A stretch of DNA of 64,000 nt, taken from an uncultured Actinomycetes bacterium (lineage in GTDB: Bacteria > Actinomycetota > UBA4738 > HRBIN12). Made by a program: the position numbers and the translations under genes. The notes under the pieces were generated by a model, which worked only from the letters and a program-made list of their open reading frames with translations, was not told the origin of the DNA and ran no database searches. Where the stretch lies: the NCBI GenBank assembly GCA_963758715.1, contig CAVWWK010000001.1:257448-321447 (forward strand), written 5' to 3'. This document shows positions 38,014 to 49,165 of the stretch, piece after piece (within the stretch, counting starts at the first letter, position 1; each line of letters opens with the position of its first letter).

Positions 38014-39557
38014 ATGCCGAAGGGCAAGCCGAACATCCTCGTTATCTGGGGAGACGACATCGGGATCACCAACCTGAGCTGCTACAGCGACGGGTTGATG
38101 GGATACCGGACGCCGAACATCGACCGCGTCGCGAGCGAGGGGATGCGATTCACCGATTCCTACGGTGAGCAGAGCTGCACCGCGGGGCGGGCATCGTTCA
38201 TCACCGGACAGAGCGTCTTCCGCACCGGGCTCAGCAAGGTAGGGCTTCCCGGATCGCCGGTCGGGCTGCAGGCGGAGGATCCGACGATCGCCGAGCTGCT
38301 GAAGAACCATGGATACGCCACGGGCCAGTTCGGCAAGAACCACTTCGGCGACCGCACGAGTTCCTCCCGACGGTGCACGGCTTCGACGAGTTCTTCGGGA
38401 ACCTGTACCACCTCAACGCCGAGGAGGACCCGGAGGATCCGGACTATCCGAGCAAGCACGGGTACGAGGGGTTCCAGGAGCGCTACGGCCCGCGCGGGGT
38501 GCTCCGCTGCAAGGCGACGAACAAGGACGATGCCAAGGAGAAACGCGCTGGGGCCGCGTCGGGAAGCAGCGGATCCAGGACACGGGCCCGCTCACGAGGA
38601 AGCGTATGGAGACCTGCGACGACGAGTTCGTCGCGGCCGCCGCCGACTTCATCGAGCGTCAGCACAAGAGGCGAGCGCCGTTCTTCTGCTGGGTGAACAC
38701 CACGCACATGCACTTCCGCACGCACACGAAGCGCAGGAGCCTGGGGAAGGCGGGTCGCTGGCAGTCGCCCTACCACGACACGATGCTCGACCATGACAAG
38801 AACGTCGGTCAGCTGCTCGATCTGCTCGACGAGCTGGGGCTCGCGGACGACACGATCGTCATGTACTCGACGGACAACGGGCCGCACCGGAACACCTGGC
38901 CCGATGGAGGGATGACCCCCTTCCGCAGCGAGAAGGCGACGAACTGGGAAGGCGCGTTCCGTGTGCCGCTGATGGTGCGTTGGCCGGGCAGGATCCCGGC
39001 GGGCGTCGTCTCCAACGAGATCGTCCAGCATCACGACTGGCTGCCCACGTTCCTGGCGGCGGCGGGCGAACCCGACGTCGCCGAGAAGCTGAAGGAAGGT
39101 CACAGCGCGGACGGCAAGACATTCAAGGTCCACATCGACGGGTACAACCTGCTGCCCTACCTGACCGGCGAACTGGAGACGAGCCCTCGCAAGGGATTCA
39201 TCTACTTCTCGGACGACGGCGACCTCGTGGCGATGCGCTTCGACAACTGGAAGATCGTCTTCATGGAGCAGCGCACGCGCGGGACGCTCGCTCTGTGGAG
39301 CGATCCGTTCACGCCGCTCACGGACGCCCAAGATCTACAACCTGCGGACCGACCCCTTCGAGTTCGCCGATACGACGTCGAACGTGTACTGGGACTGGTT
39401 CCTGAACAAGGGCTACATGATCATGGCGGCCCAGGCGATCGTCGCCGAGTTCCTCGAGACGTTCAAGAAGTTCCCGCCGCGTCAGAAGGCCGCGAGCTTC
39501 ACGATCGACCAGGCACTCGAGAAGATGGCGGACGCGGCGAGCGGCGCCCGCGGTTGA
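38014..39557 (+). CDS. arylsulfatase, 3 frameshifts (about 38350, 38535, 39325)
   Basis: [12 protein letters not shown] and sulfatase signature [24 protein letters not shown]. The C-terminal [23 protein letters not shown] lies in a third frame. Confidence 0.85.
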
Positions 39558-39563
39558 CGCCGC

Positions 39564-40385
39564 TCAGCCCGATGCGATGCGCGGACGTTCGGTCTCCGCC
39601 ACGCCGACAGGGCCGGTGCCCAGCAGCTCGCGCACGAGGTCGATCGTCGCCGGCGAGGGCTGCACGTGGAGCTCCTGTTCGAGCAGGCGCTCCAGGGACC
39701 GGAACTCGGCCAACGCGCGGGCGCGGTTACCCTCGGCGACGTGCGCCCGCATCAACGCGCGGTGCGCCGATTCGCGGAGGGGCTCGGCCTGTACCGCGAG
39801 CAGGCCGCACCGCACGGCATCGGCATGATCGCCGGCCATCGACAGCTGCTCGCAGAGCCGCTCGAGCGCGTGCACCCGCAGGTCTCGGAAGCGCTCTCGT
39901 TCGAACACCAACCACTCGTCGTCCCAATCGGGGAGCAGGTCCCGCGACAGCCGGTCGGAGGCGCACAGGGCCTCCTCGCGGGGGAGTTGGGTGCGCAGGA
40001 TGTGAAGCGCCAGCGCCTCGGTCTCGCGGAGGTCCACGACCGTGTGTGGACACGACCGCAGATCCGACCCGGCCGATTCCACGATGCCCGGGGCCGTCCC
40101 ACGGAGCCGCCAAAGAGCCGTTCGGAGGCTGGCGAGTGCGTGGTCGTGATCGACGTCGGGCAAGAGGACATCCGCGGCCTGGGACCGGCCGACCTGGCCT
40201 CCGCGGAGGGCGAGGAAGGCGGCGAGTCGCTGGGCGAGCCGCGGCACGTGCGGACGGGCGCCGGCCACGACGAGCTCGAAGCACCCCAGCAGGTGCAGCC
40301 GGGTGTCCCCGGTTAGGTCCTCCTCGTCCGCCGATCCAGCCCGCATAGCAGCACCGTTCTCCTTCGGGGGGAAGCCCGGAAGCAA
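39564..40385 (-). CDS. SARP-family transcriptional activator (OmpR-type winged helix plus BTAD)
   Basis: LHLLGCFELVV...LAAFLAL...LRTALWRLR, then BTAD helices (AVRCGLLAVQAEPLRESAHRALMRAHVAEGNRARALAEFRSLERLL). Confidence 0.8.
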   Translation of the reverse strand: MLPGFPPKENGAAMRAGSADEEDLTGDTRLHLLGCFELVVAGARPHVPRLAQRLAAFLALRGGQVGRSQAADVLLPDVDHDHALASLRTALWRLRGTAPGIVESAGSDLRSCPHTVVDLRETEALALHILRTQLPREEALCASDRLSRDLLPDWDDEWLVFERERFRDLRVHALERLCEQLSMAGDHADAVRCGLLAVQAEPLRESAHRALMRAHVAEGNRARALAEFRSLERLLEQELHVQPSPATIDLVRELLGTGPVGVAETERPRIASG

Positions 40386-40646
40386 CGATGATCCCGATCC
40401 GTGCGGGCGAACGGTCCGGGTGCTCGCGCAACTGGGTGAAGCGTTTGATCTCCGCGGGTTCTATCACGAGGCAACGACCCGCACAAGGGGGGTATTCGCC
40501 GTGAGGGGATCCATCGTTCGCCAACGATGCGGTGACGGTCAACGAACGCGGAGGCAACGGCGCTGTGACGCAACCCGTGCACACTCGCCGTCGGCGGCCG
40601 GGGGCGCTGCCCCGCCAACGGGCGGAGATGAACGGGAGGAGATCGG

Positions 40647-42003
40647 ATGAAGACCTCGATGAAGAGGGATCTGCGTCGTGGGGCAGGTGTGATCGCGGCG
40701 GTTTCCTCGCTCGCGATCTACATGGTCCTGGTGGCGCTCCCCGCGGGAGCCGCCGTGGCGTGCAACTTCGCGGCCGGCGTCGCATCGGTCACCCTGAACG
40801 CCGGTAGTGACGCGGTCACGGTATCGGTGAACGGTACTGCGATCCAGACCAACAGCGGCGGGGGCGCGGCGAACTGCGGCGTCGCCACGACCGCCAACAC
40901 CGACACGATCGACGTCGCTGCGGTGGCCCTAGCTGATCAGGAGAACCAGAGCCTCACGATCGACCTGTCGGGTGGACCCTTCGCACCCGGGTTGACCGAC
41001 GAGGCGGGTGCCACCGATGAGATCGAGTTCACGGTCAACCTCGGGGCCGGCAACGACACGGTGACGGTTGCCGGATCCGCGGGCGCGGACACCATCGTCG
41101 TGGGTGCTGGCGGCATCAACCTCAACGCCGGCAGGTGGCGATGACGACGCCGACGTGACGCTCGCAGGAGTCGAGAACGTGGCGGTCAACGCGGGCCGGC
41201 GGCGCTGACACCGTGAGTGGAGCGGGCGGTAGCCGGGACCGGCGCGGAGTACTCGAGCGCCCTCGCCATCGACGGCGGAGCAGATGCCGACACGCTCGCC
41301 GGCGGCAGCGGGAACGACACCATCAACGGTGGCGACGGCGCGAACACCGTCAACGGGAACAACGGGAACGACAACCTGACGTCGGGGATGGCGTAGACGC
41401 ACTCGAGGGGGAACGGCGCCGACACGATGAGCTCGGGTGGAGCCAACGACACCATCAACGGCGGCGACGGTGACGACACCGCGAGCGGCGGCGCCGGCAT
41501 CGGACACGCTGAACGGCGGTACCGACCGTGACGCACTCTCGGGCAACGCCGACGACGACACCCTGAACGGCGACTCGGGAGCCGATCGGCTCACGCCCGG
41601 TGAAGGGGACGACATGGTCAACGGCGGTCCTCACAAGGACACCGTTTCGTTCGCCGATGCGACGGCTCCGGTCGATGTCGATCTGAGCGACGGCACCGCA
41701 TCCACAGGGGCGGACGACGATGCGATCGTCACCGTGGAGAACGTGCAGGGCTCCAGGTTCGTCGACACGATCCGCGGCACCAGCGAGAACAACAAGGTCA
41801 ACTCCGGGAAGGGCGGCGACGCGGTCCGAGGTGCGGGCGGCGACGACGACATCCACGGGGGCCCGGGCCCGGACACGCTGCGCGGCGGCGACGGTGACGA
41901 CGACCTGTTCGGCCAGGGGGGCGCTGACCACCTGTTCGGCGGCGGCGGAACCGACCTCTGCAAGGGCGGGAAGGGGGCCGACACCTTGAAGAGCTGCGAG
42001 TGA
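40647..42003 (+). CDS. secreted calcium-binding repeat protein (haemolysin-type GGxGxD), copy 1, multiple frameshifts
   Basis: Signal/anchor MKTSMKRDLRRGAGVIAAVSSLAIYMVLVALPAGAA. Repeats GGSGNDTINGGDGANTVNGNNGND and GGPGPDTLRGGDGDDDLFGQGGADHLFGGGGTD. Ends DLCKGGKGADTLKSCE. Confidence 0.75.
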
Positions 42004-42025
42004 CATTCCCCATCCTCGCGACCCG

Positions 42026-42054
42026 GAAGGGCCGGCCCTGCGGGCCGGCCCTTC
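42026..42054 (+). terminator. GC-rich hairpin downstream of copy 1
   Basis: GAAGGGCCGGCCC-TGC-GGGCCGGCCCTTC, 13-bp perfect stem, 22 nt after the stop. No long T tract follows. Confidence 0.55.
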
Positions 42055-42212
42055 CTTCGTGATGTGCCCCGCCTGGCTCATGCGGACCCTCCGATTGCCA
42101 CAGAAAAAGTGGAAGCGAGAGCGGCGAAGCGATGACACGCCCCGCTTACACTCGGCCCCGGCGGCCGGTGCGCCGCCCCGCCCACAGGCGGAGACCAACG
42201 AGAGGAGAACGG

Positions 42213-43608
42213 ATGAAGACCTCGATGAGGAGGGGTCGCCGTCGTGGGCTCGGCGTGATCGCGGCGGTTGCCTCGCTCGCGATCTACACGGCCTTGGTGG
42301 CGCTTCCTGCAGGAGCCGCCGTGGCCTGCGATTTCGCGGCCGGCACCGCATCGGTCACCCTGGCCGACGCGGGTGACGCGGTCACGGTGTCGCGTGGGAG
42401 ACCGCTGGAGGCCAGATCCAGACCGACAGCGGCGGGGCCGACACCCTGCGGCACCGCCACGAACACGACCACCGAGACGATCGAGGTCGATGCGGTCGCA
42501 GCGGGCGACGTGGAAGACCAGAGCCTCACGATCGTCCTGTCGGCGGCGGGCGCTTCGGGCCCGGGGTACGACGAGCCGGGTGAAACCGACGAGATCGAGT
42601 TCACCGTCGACCTCGGGGCCGGCGACGGACACGGTCACGGTCACCGGCATCCAACATCGGCGACACCATCGTCGTGGGTGCCGGCGGCATCAACCTCAAC
42701 GCAGCGAATGGCGACGACGACGTCGACGTGACGCTCGCCGGCGTCGAGAACGTGGCGATCAACGCGGGCAACGGCATGGACACCGTGAGTGGAGCAGGCG
42801 GAGTCGGAACCGGCGCGGCCTACTCGGGGCCGCTCGACCATCACGGGCGGACCCGACGCTGACACGCTCACCGGCGGCGACGGTGACGACACGATCGACG
42901 GAGACAACTCGGCGATGACACCCTCGTAGCGAGGCGAAGGGTCGAACAACGTCAGCGGAGACAACGGCAACGACATCCTCAGGTCCGGCAGCTGGCATCG
43001 ACACCCTCGGCGGCGGCGACGGCAACGACACGATGAGGTCGGGCGATGGCGCCGATATCGTCAACGGCGGCACGGGCGACGACACCGGGATCGGCGGCCC
43101 CGGCGACGACAGGCTGAACGGTGGCGCCGACCGCGACTCCCTCTCGGGGAACACCGGCGACGACATCCTGAACGGTGGACTCGGCTCCGACCGGCTCACT
43201 CCCGGTGAAGGGAGCGACACGGTCAACGGCAACGAGCAGAGGGACACCGTCTCGTTCGCCGGTGCGACGGCTCCGGTCAACGTCAACCTGAGCGCGGGCA
43301 CCGCGACCAGCGGAGCAGACAGCGACGAGCTCGTTTCGGTGGAGAACGTGCAGGGTTCCGCCCAGGTCGACACGATCCGTGGCACCAACACGAACAACAC
43401 GCTCAACACCGGTGCGGGAGCCGATTCGGTTCGTGCCGCGGGCGGCGCCGACGTCGTCCACGGAGGACCTGGTCCAGACACGCTGCGTGGCGGCGACGGT
43501 AACGATCGCCTGTTCGGTCAGGACGCCCCCGACACCCTGGTCGGCGGCCCCGGCACCGACCTCTGCAAGGGTGGGAAGGGGGCCGACACCACGGCGAGCT
43601 GCGAGTGA
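42213..43608 (+). CDS. secreted calcium-binding repeat protein (GGxGxD), copy 2, multiple frameshifts
   Basis: MKTSMRRGRRRGLGVIAAVASLAIYTALVALPAGAA. GGTGDDTGIGGPGDDRLNGGADRD...GGPGPDTLRGGDGNDRLFGQDAPDTLVGGPGTDLCKGGKGADTTASCE. Confidence 0.75.
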
Positions 43609-43630
43609 CGCTCCCCCATCCTCGCGACCC

Positions 43631-43659
43631 GGAAGGGCCGGCCCGCAGGGCCGGCCCTT
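43631..43659 (+). terminator. GC-rich hairpin downstream of copy 2
   Basis: GAAGGGCCGGCCC-GCA-GGGCCGGCCCTTC, the same stem as at 42026. Confidence 0.55.
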
Positions 43660-43731
43660 CCCCTTGCGCGCAGGCCCGCCCGGTTCATGCGGCCGAGCGT
43701 CGTCGCAGGTAAACTCCTGTTCCGTACACAC

Positions 43732-43806
43732 GGCGGCGTAGCTCAGAGGTAGAGCAAGCGGCTCATAATCGCTGTGTCGGTGGTTCGAGTCCACCCGCCG
43801 CTACCA
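43732..43806 (+). tRNA. tRNA-Met (anticodon CAT), CCA encoded
   Basis: Acceptor GGCGGCG/CGCCGCT, D arm GCTC-AGAGGTA-GAGC, anticodon arm AGCGG-CTCATAA-TCGCT, T arm GGTGG-TTCGAGT-CCACC. Confidence 0.9.
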
Positions 43807-43854
43807 GCACACACCGTCGGCAGGACAGATCCGAGGAAGGGAACCGGAAGGGCC

Positions 43855-45039
<1,185 letters not shown>

Positions 45040-45077
45040 CCTTCTTCGAACCTTCCCGAACCGAGCGAGGACACGAG

Positions 45078-45242
45078 ATGGCCAAGGCCGACAACCGCCC
45101 GAAGATCACGCTCGCCTGCACGGACTGCAAGCGCCGCAACTACAACACGGTGAAGAACAAGGTGAACGACCGCGACCGGATCGAGCTGAAGAAGTACTGC
45201 CGCTGGTGCAGGAAGCACACCCTGCACCGCGAGACGCGCTAG
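45078..45242 (+). CDS. rpmG: 50S ribosomal protein L33
   Basis: [54 protein letters not shown]. Confidence 0.95.
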   Translation: MAKADNRPKITLACTDCKRRNYNTVKNKVNDRDRIELKKYCRWCRKHTLHRETR

Positions 45243-45998
45243 ACCTCGGTCTCCCGCCTCTCCCGCTCGCCCTCGGACGTCCTCGAGCTCGGCCAGGTCC
45301 AGGACGCTCGCCCGGGGTGATGTCGACCGTGCCGCACCTTGCCGTAGCGGATCGCGGCGACGATCGCGTCGAGCTTGGAGTGGACCCCCAGCTTCGTGAG
45401 CACGTTCTGCGTGTGCGTGCGCAGCGTGTGCTTGCTCATGCCGAGCTCGCGAGCGATCTTGTCCGGCGGATCGCCGTCGGCCATGCGCTGCAGGATCTCG
45501 ATCTCGCGGGGGGTGAGGCGGTCGATCCGCTGTGCGAGGTTGCCGTCGGTGCGCCCGGCGCCTGCGGAGCTTCGTGAGCGATTCCTCGACCTCGGCGCTG
45601 GTGTGGAGCGGCTCGCCCCGATGCGCGCGGCGGATCGCCTCGGCGAGCCCGCCGACGGCCTCGGTCTTGCTCAGGTAGCCGCGGGCTCCCGCCTGGATCG
45701 CCCGCGCCAGCGACACATCGTCGTTCTGCCCGGACAGGATGATCACGACCGTTCCGGCGGTCTCGTCGTGGATGCGGCGGGTGGCCTCGATGCCGTCGAC
45801 ACCCGGCATCTGCAGGTCCATCAGGACCACGTCGGGCTGCTCCTTGGAAGCGGTCTCCACGGCGGCCTCGCCGTCGGTGACGACCTCGATCACGCGCAGG
45901 TCCCGCTCCTTGTCGAGCGCGACCTCCAGCGCCTCCCCGAACGAACGGTGATCGTCGGCGATGACGACGGTGATGGGCTGGGCGGCCGTCTTCGGCAT
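45239..45998 (-). CDS. NarL/LuxR-family response regulator, frameshift near 45560
   Basis: [29 protein letters not shown], then [45 protein letters not shown] in a second frame. The 3' end converges on and overlaps the rpmG stop. Confidence 0.8.
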
Positions 45999-46087
45999 GT
46001 CGGGGCGAATCGTAGGGCCTGACCTGGAGCGTTTCACGCACCTAGGGCAACTTGCTGCGGGGTTGCAGGGGCCCTGCCACGGCTACG

Positions 46088-46489
46088 GTGCGCCCCGTGA
46101 ATCCCGCAGGCGGAAGGCACTGACCTACCCCGACGTCGCCTTCGTGGTCGGACCCGGCTCGGGTGGCCGCGTTCCGCGAGGTGTTCGGGTACGCGGCGGG
46201 GGTGCCCCCACGTTCCTGACGGCCGCCGAGTTCGCCGTGCTGCCCGCGGATCGTGGCCGACCCCGCGCTGGCCGTCGACTTCTCGCGGGTGGTGCACGGC
46301 GTCCCAGGGGTACGCGTTCGACCGGCCGTTGCGGGAAGGGAGAGCGGCTGACCGTGCGCGGCGCGGATCGAGTCCGTGCAAGGTGCGCGCCGGATCCGGG
46401 TTCCTCACGATCGTGATGGACGTGATCGACGAGCGGGGGCCAGGGTCGGCGTGTGCCGGTCGACGATGATCGAACGGGCAGAGGCCTGA
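46088..46489 (+). CDS. MaoC/hot-dog N-terminal-type dehydratase subunit (HadA-like), frameshifted
   Basis: ALTYPDVAFVVGP/ARVAAFREVFGYAAGVPPTFLTAAEFAVLPA/VADPALAVDFSRVVHG/QGYAFDRPLREGERLTV across frames. Start is approximate. Confidence 0.55.
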
Positions 46490-46918
46490 TGACCCGCGTT
46501 CGACGACGTCGCCGTGGGCGAGGAGCTGCCGCGCCTCGCCGCGTCGTGACCCCCGAAGACGTGAAGGCCTACGCCGACGCGGGGGGCGACCAGAACCCCC
46601 TGCACCAGGACGACGCGTTCGCCCGTTCGGTGGGGTTCGACGGCATCATCGCCCACGGCATGTTCACGATGGGGCACATGGCCGCGTGCGTGACCGCGTG
46701 GGCGGGCGGCGACCCCGCGGCGATCCTGGAGGTCTCCGCGCAGTTCCGCGCCCCGGTGTTCATGGGCGAGGAGATCGTGGCCGGCGGCCGGGTGCGCTGC
46801 GATCGACGCGGAGACCCGCACGGCGACGCTCGAGACGCTGGGTGACGCGTCGAGCGCGACGGCGCGACGGAGTGGCCGATCAAGCGCGGGCGACGCCGTG
46901 CGTTCGGCCTGGAACTGA
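46489..46918 (+). CDS. MaoC-like (R)-specific dehydratase subunit (HadB-like), frameshifted
   Basis: FDDVAVGEELPRL / VTPEDVKAYADAGGDQNPLHQDDAFARSVGFDGIIAHGMFTMGHMAA. TGATG junction with the upstream gene. The 3' end is uncertain. Confidence 0.65.
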
Positions 46919-46922
46919 GCCG

Positions 46923-48393
46923 TCAGGCTGTCGCGGCGCCGCGACCGTCGGACATCGCCCGGATCGCGTCGCTCATGCGATCGATCACGATCTGCATGTC
47001 GTTGCCGTACGCCCTCGTCCACCCGGACCGACAGGCGATCGATCTTCTCGCCCAGGTACCTCCGCGACCTTGACCATGGACTCGGTCGTCGACTGCGTCT
47101 CCTGGTGGAGCTGGTCGCACATCGACTGGAACCGGCGATCGACCGCGCTCCATGACGTCGTCGGCCATGCCCGGCCTGGAGCTCCTTCATCGCGCGCAGC
47201 GTCTGGCGGAGCAGCTCGCGGATCCAGCGGTCCCTCGGCCGTGACGCGGCGCTCGCGTTCCTTCGGAGCGTCTCGGCCAGCGACCTGGTTGTCCGAGCGG
47301 ATCAGCGCTGCGCGATCGCGGTCATGCGGTCGTCGATGTGCGCCGCGAAGGCGACGTCCTCGACTGGCGCGCCCTGACCCTCGGCTCCCCATCGGACGGG
47401 ACGCGATCGCGGTCTGCGGCCGCCTCGGACGGCACGCTGGGCGACCGTGCTCCGACGGCGCGTTCCAGCTGCTCGTCGATCGCGCTCGGCGAACGCGGCC
47501 ATGCGCCAGTCCACGGCCTCGCGGAGCGCCGTCGACCTGCGCCCTCGGACCGTTCCTCGATCACGCGGCGAAGCGCCTCGGAATCGGACCGGATCAGCTG
47601 CGCGAGCCCCATGATGCGGGCTTCGACCAGGCGCTCCAGGGCGGCGCGAACCTGGTCCTGGTCGCGCCCGTGCAACCCGACCGTCTCGGCGAGCATCTCG
47701 AGCTGCTCGGCGACCGGGCTGATCTCGCATCGCCACCATGTCGCCGACGTGTCTCGCTGATCGTGATGTCGTGGGTCACGAACGCCTCGGCGTGCTCCTC
47801 GACGCGGTGGCCAGGATCGCCATCGCCTCCGCGCCGGTCTGCACGTACTCCTGCATCGACCTCGACGAGACGGGCGGTCTCCTGAGCGATCAGGTCGCCG
47901 TGCGCCTTGATCTGACCCAGCACGCCCTCGGTGAGGCTCGATCGCGTTCGTCGAAGTGCGCGAACGCCGCGGCGATGTGGTACTCGACCTGCTCGAGCTG
48001 GGTGCGGACGCTCTCGACGCCGTGCAGGGTGGGGGAGTCGGCGATCTCGCGGATCGCAGCGACGGACGCCTCGATCGACGCGCGGGTCGCGCGGCCGTTC
48101 TCGGTGAGCTCGGTGAGCGAATCCTCGAGGCGCGCCGATGCGCAACGAGAGCGACTGGAACCGCTCGTCGCTCGAGCGATCAGCAAGCTTCGGATCGTCT
48201 GGTCGCGCGAGAGCAGCGAGACGATGCGCTCCTGCTCCGGACGGCTGTCGGCGCCCGAGGCGCGCCAGATCTCGGCGGCGATCTCACGCATCAGCGCGGT
48301 CGCCTGCTCCTCGATCGCCCGCAGCCCTTCGTCCAGCCGCTCGTCGATCGAGCGTTCGACCGCCGCGGCGATGCGCATCTCGGGCGCGGTCAT
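46923..48393 (-). CDS. about 490-aa alpha-helical repeat protein of unknown function, many frameshifts
   Basis: Reconstructed across ORFs 47890..48393, 47594..48145, 47322..47696, 46985..47392 and 46923..47168. Recurring LIRSD and (E/D)RFQS(L/M) motifs. Confidence 0.45.
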
Positions 48394-48642
48394 GCGGGGC
48401 TCTTCTGTGTGGCCTCGGGCCGGGGCGAACAGCTCGCCGGGAGGCCCCGGCGTGCTGCGGGGAAGCGGTGGGGCCTTGTTCTTCCATGACGTTCTCTCGC
48501 GATCTGGGGCCGCGCGCGGTGCGTCGCCAGCGAAGCATAGGTCACGACCTGGGCCGACTCACGCACCTGCGAGGGAAACAGGGGCCTCCGGGGGCACGAT
48601 CGCGCCTCCGGAGGTCCGGAGGGTCGTTCGACCGGCGCTCCT

Positions 48643-48671
48643 TTGCCGGGCTCGGAGACTCGTCCTATACT
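48643..48671 (+). promoter_or_regulatory. candidate housekeeping-sigma promoter for tRNA-Trp/secE/nusG
   Basis: TTGCCG, 17-nt spacer, TATACT, ending 46 nt upstream of the tRNA. Confidence 0.4.
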
Positions 48672-48716
48672 GATGCCTCCGAAGTCCTCACTTCTTCGGG
48701 GTGACCGGGATCGCGG

Positions 48717-48790
48717 AGGCGCGTAGCTCAATTTGGTAGAGCACCGGTCTCCAAAACCGGCGGTTGGGGGTTCAAGTCCCTCCGCGCCTG
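48717..48790 (+). tRNA. tRNA-Trp (anticodon CCA)
   Basis: Acceptor AGGCGCG/CGCGCCT, D arm GCTC-AATTTGGTA-GAGC, anticodon arm CCGGT-CTCCAAA-ACCGG, T arm GGGGG-TTCAAGT-CCCTC. Confidence 0.9.
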
Positions 48791-48801
48791 CAAGGAGCAC
48801 C

Positions 48802-49107
48802 ATGAACCGACAGATGAAGCGGATGCAGGAGCGCGCCGAGCGGCAGCAGAAGCGCGCGGGGGCCGACCGGCAGTCGGCGCCGGCCGCAACCGCTCGACGG
48901 GCCCAGGTGCAGGAGAAGCGCAAGCGCACCGGGATCCGGCAGTTCCTGAAGGAGGTTCGTCAGGAGCTCAGGAAGGTCGACTGGCCCAACCGCCGGGAGC
49001 TGGTCTCGTACACGATCGTCGTGTTGGCGACGATCATCGTGATGACGGCGTTCGTCGCCGTCCTGGACTACGCGTTCTTGAAGTCGGTCCTGGAACTGTT
49101 CGGTTGA
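48802..49107 (+). CDS. secE: preprotein translocase subunit SecE
   Basis: Basic N-terminus, then FLKEVRQELRKVDWPNRRELVSYTIVVLATIIVMTAFVAVLD. Positioned between tRNA-Trp and nusG. Confidence 0.9.
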   Translation: MNRQMKRMQERAERQQKRAGADRQSAPAATARRAQVQEKRKRTGIRQFLKEVRQELRKVDWPNRRELVSYTIVVLATIIVMTAFVAVLDYAFLKSVLELFG

Positions 49108-49165
49108 TCGTCGATCCCGAAGGAACCCATGGAAGACCCACGACCAGAACAACGAGGAATCACCC

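Larger units (their letters stand above)
40575..43665 (+). repeat. tandem duplication (two units of about 1.5 kb): leader, Ca-binding gene, hairpin
   Basis: About 75 nt of leader (ACACTCGCC...GGCGGAGA..AACG.GAGGAGA.CGGATGAAGACCTCGATGA), the coding region and the terminator hairpin all recur. Confidence 0.8.

Noticed and set aside
38309-40348. 679-aa ORF extending the sulfatase by 260 Arg/Pro/Gly-rich residues
   Set aside because: The extension is antisense to the SARP gene. The sulfatase homology leaves this frame near 39325 and ends at TGA 39555.
40647-43608. Diversity-generating retroelement (template/variable repeat) as an explanation for the two similar Ca-binding genes
   Set aside because: There is no reverse transcriptase nearby. 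The differences are spread over the whole unit, including leader and terminator, which fits plain tandem duplication.
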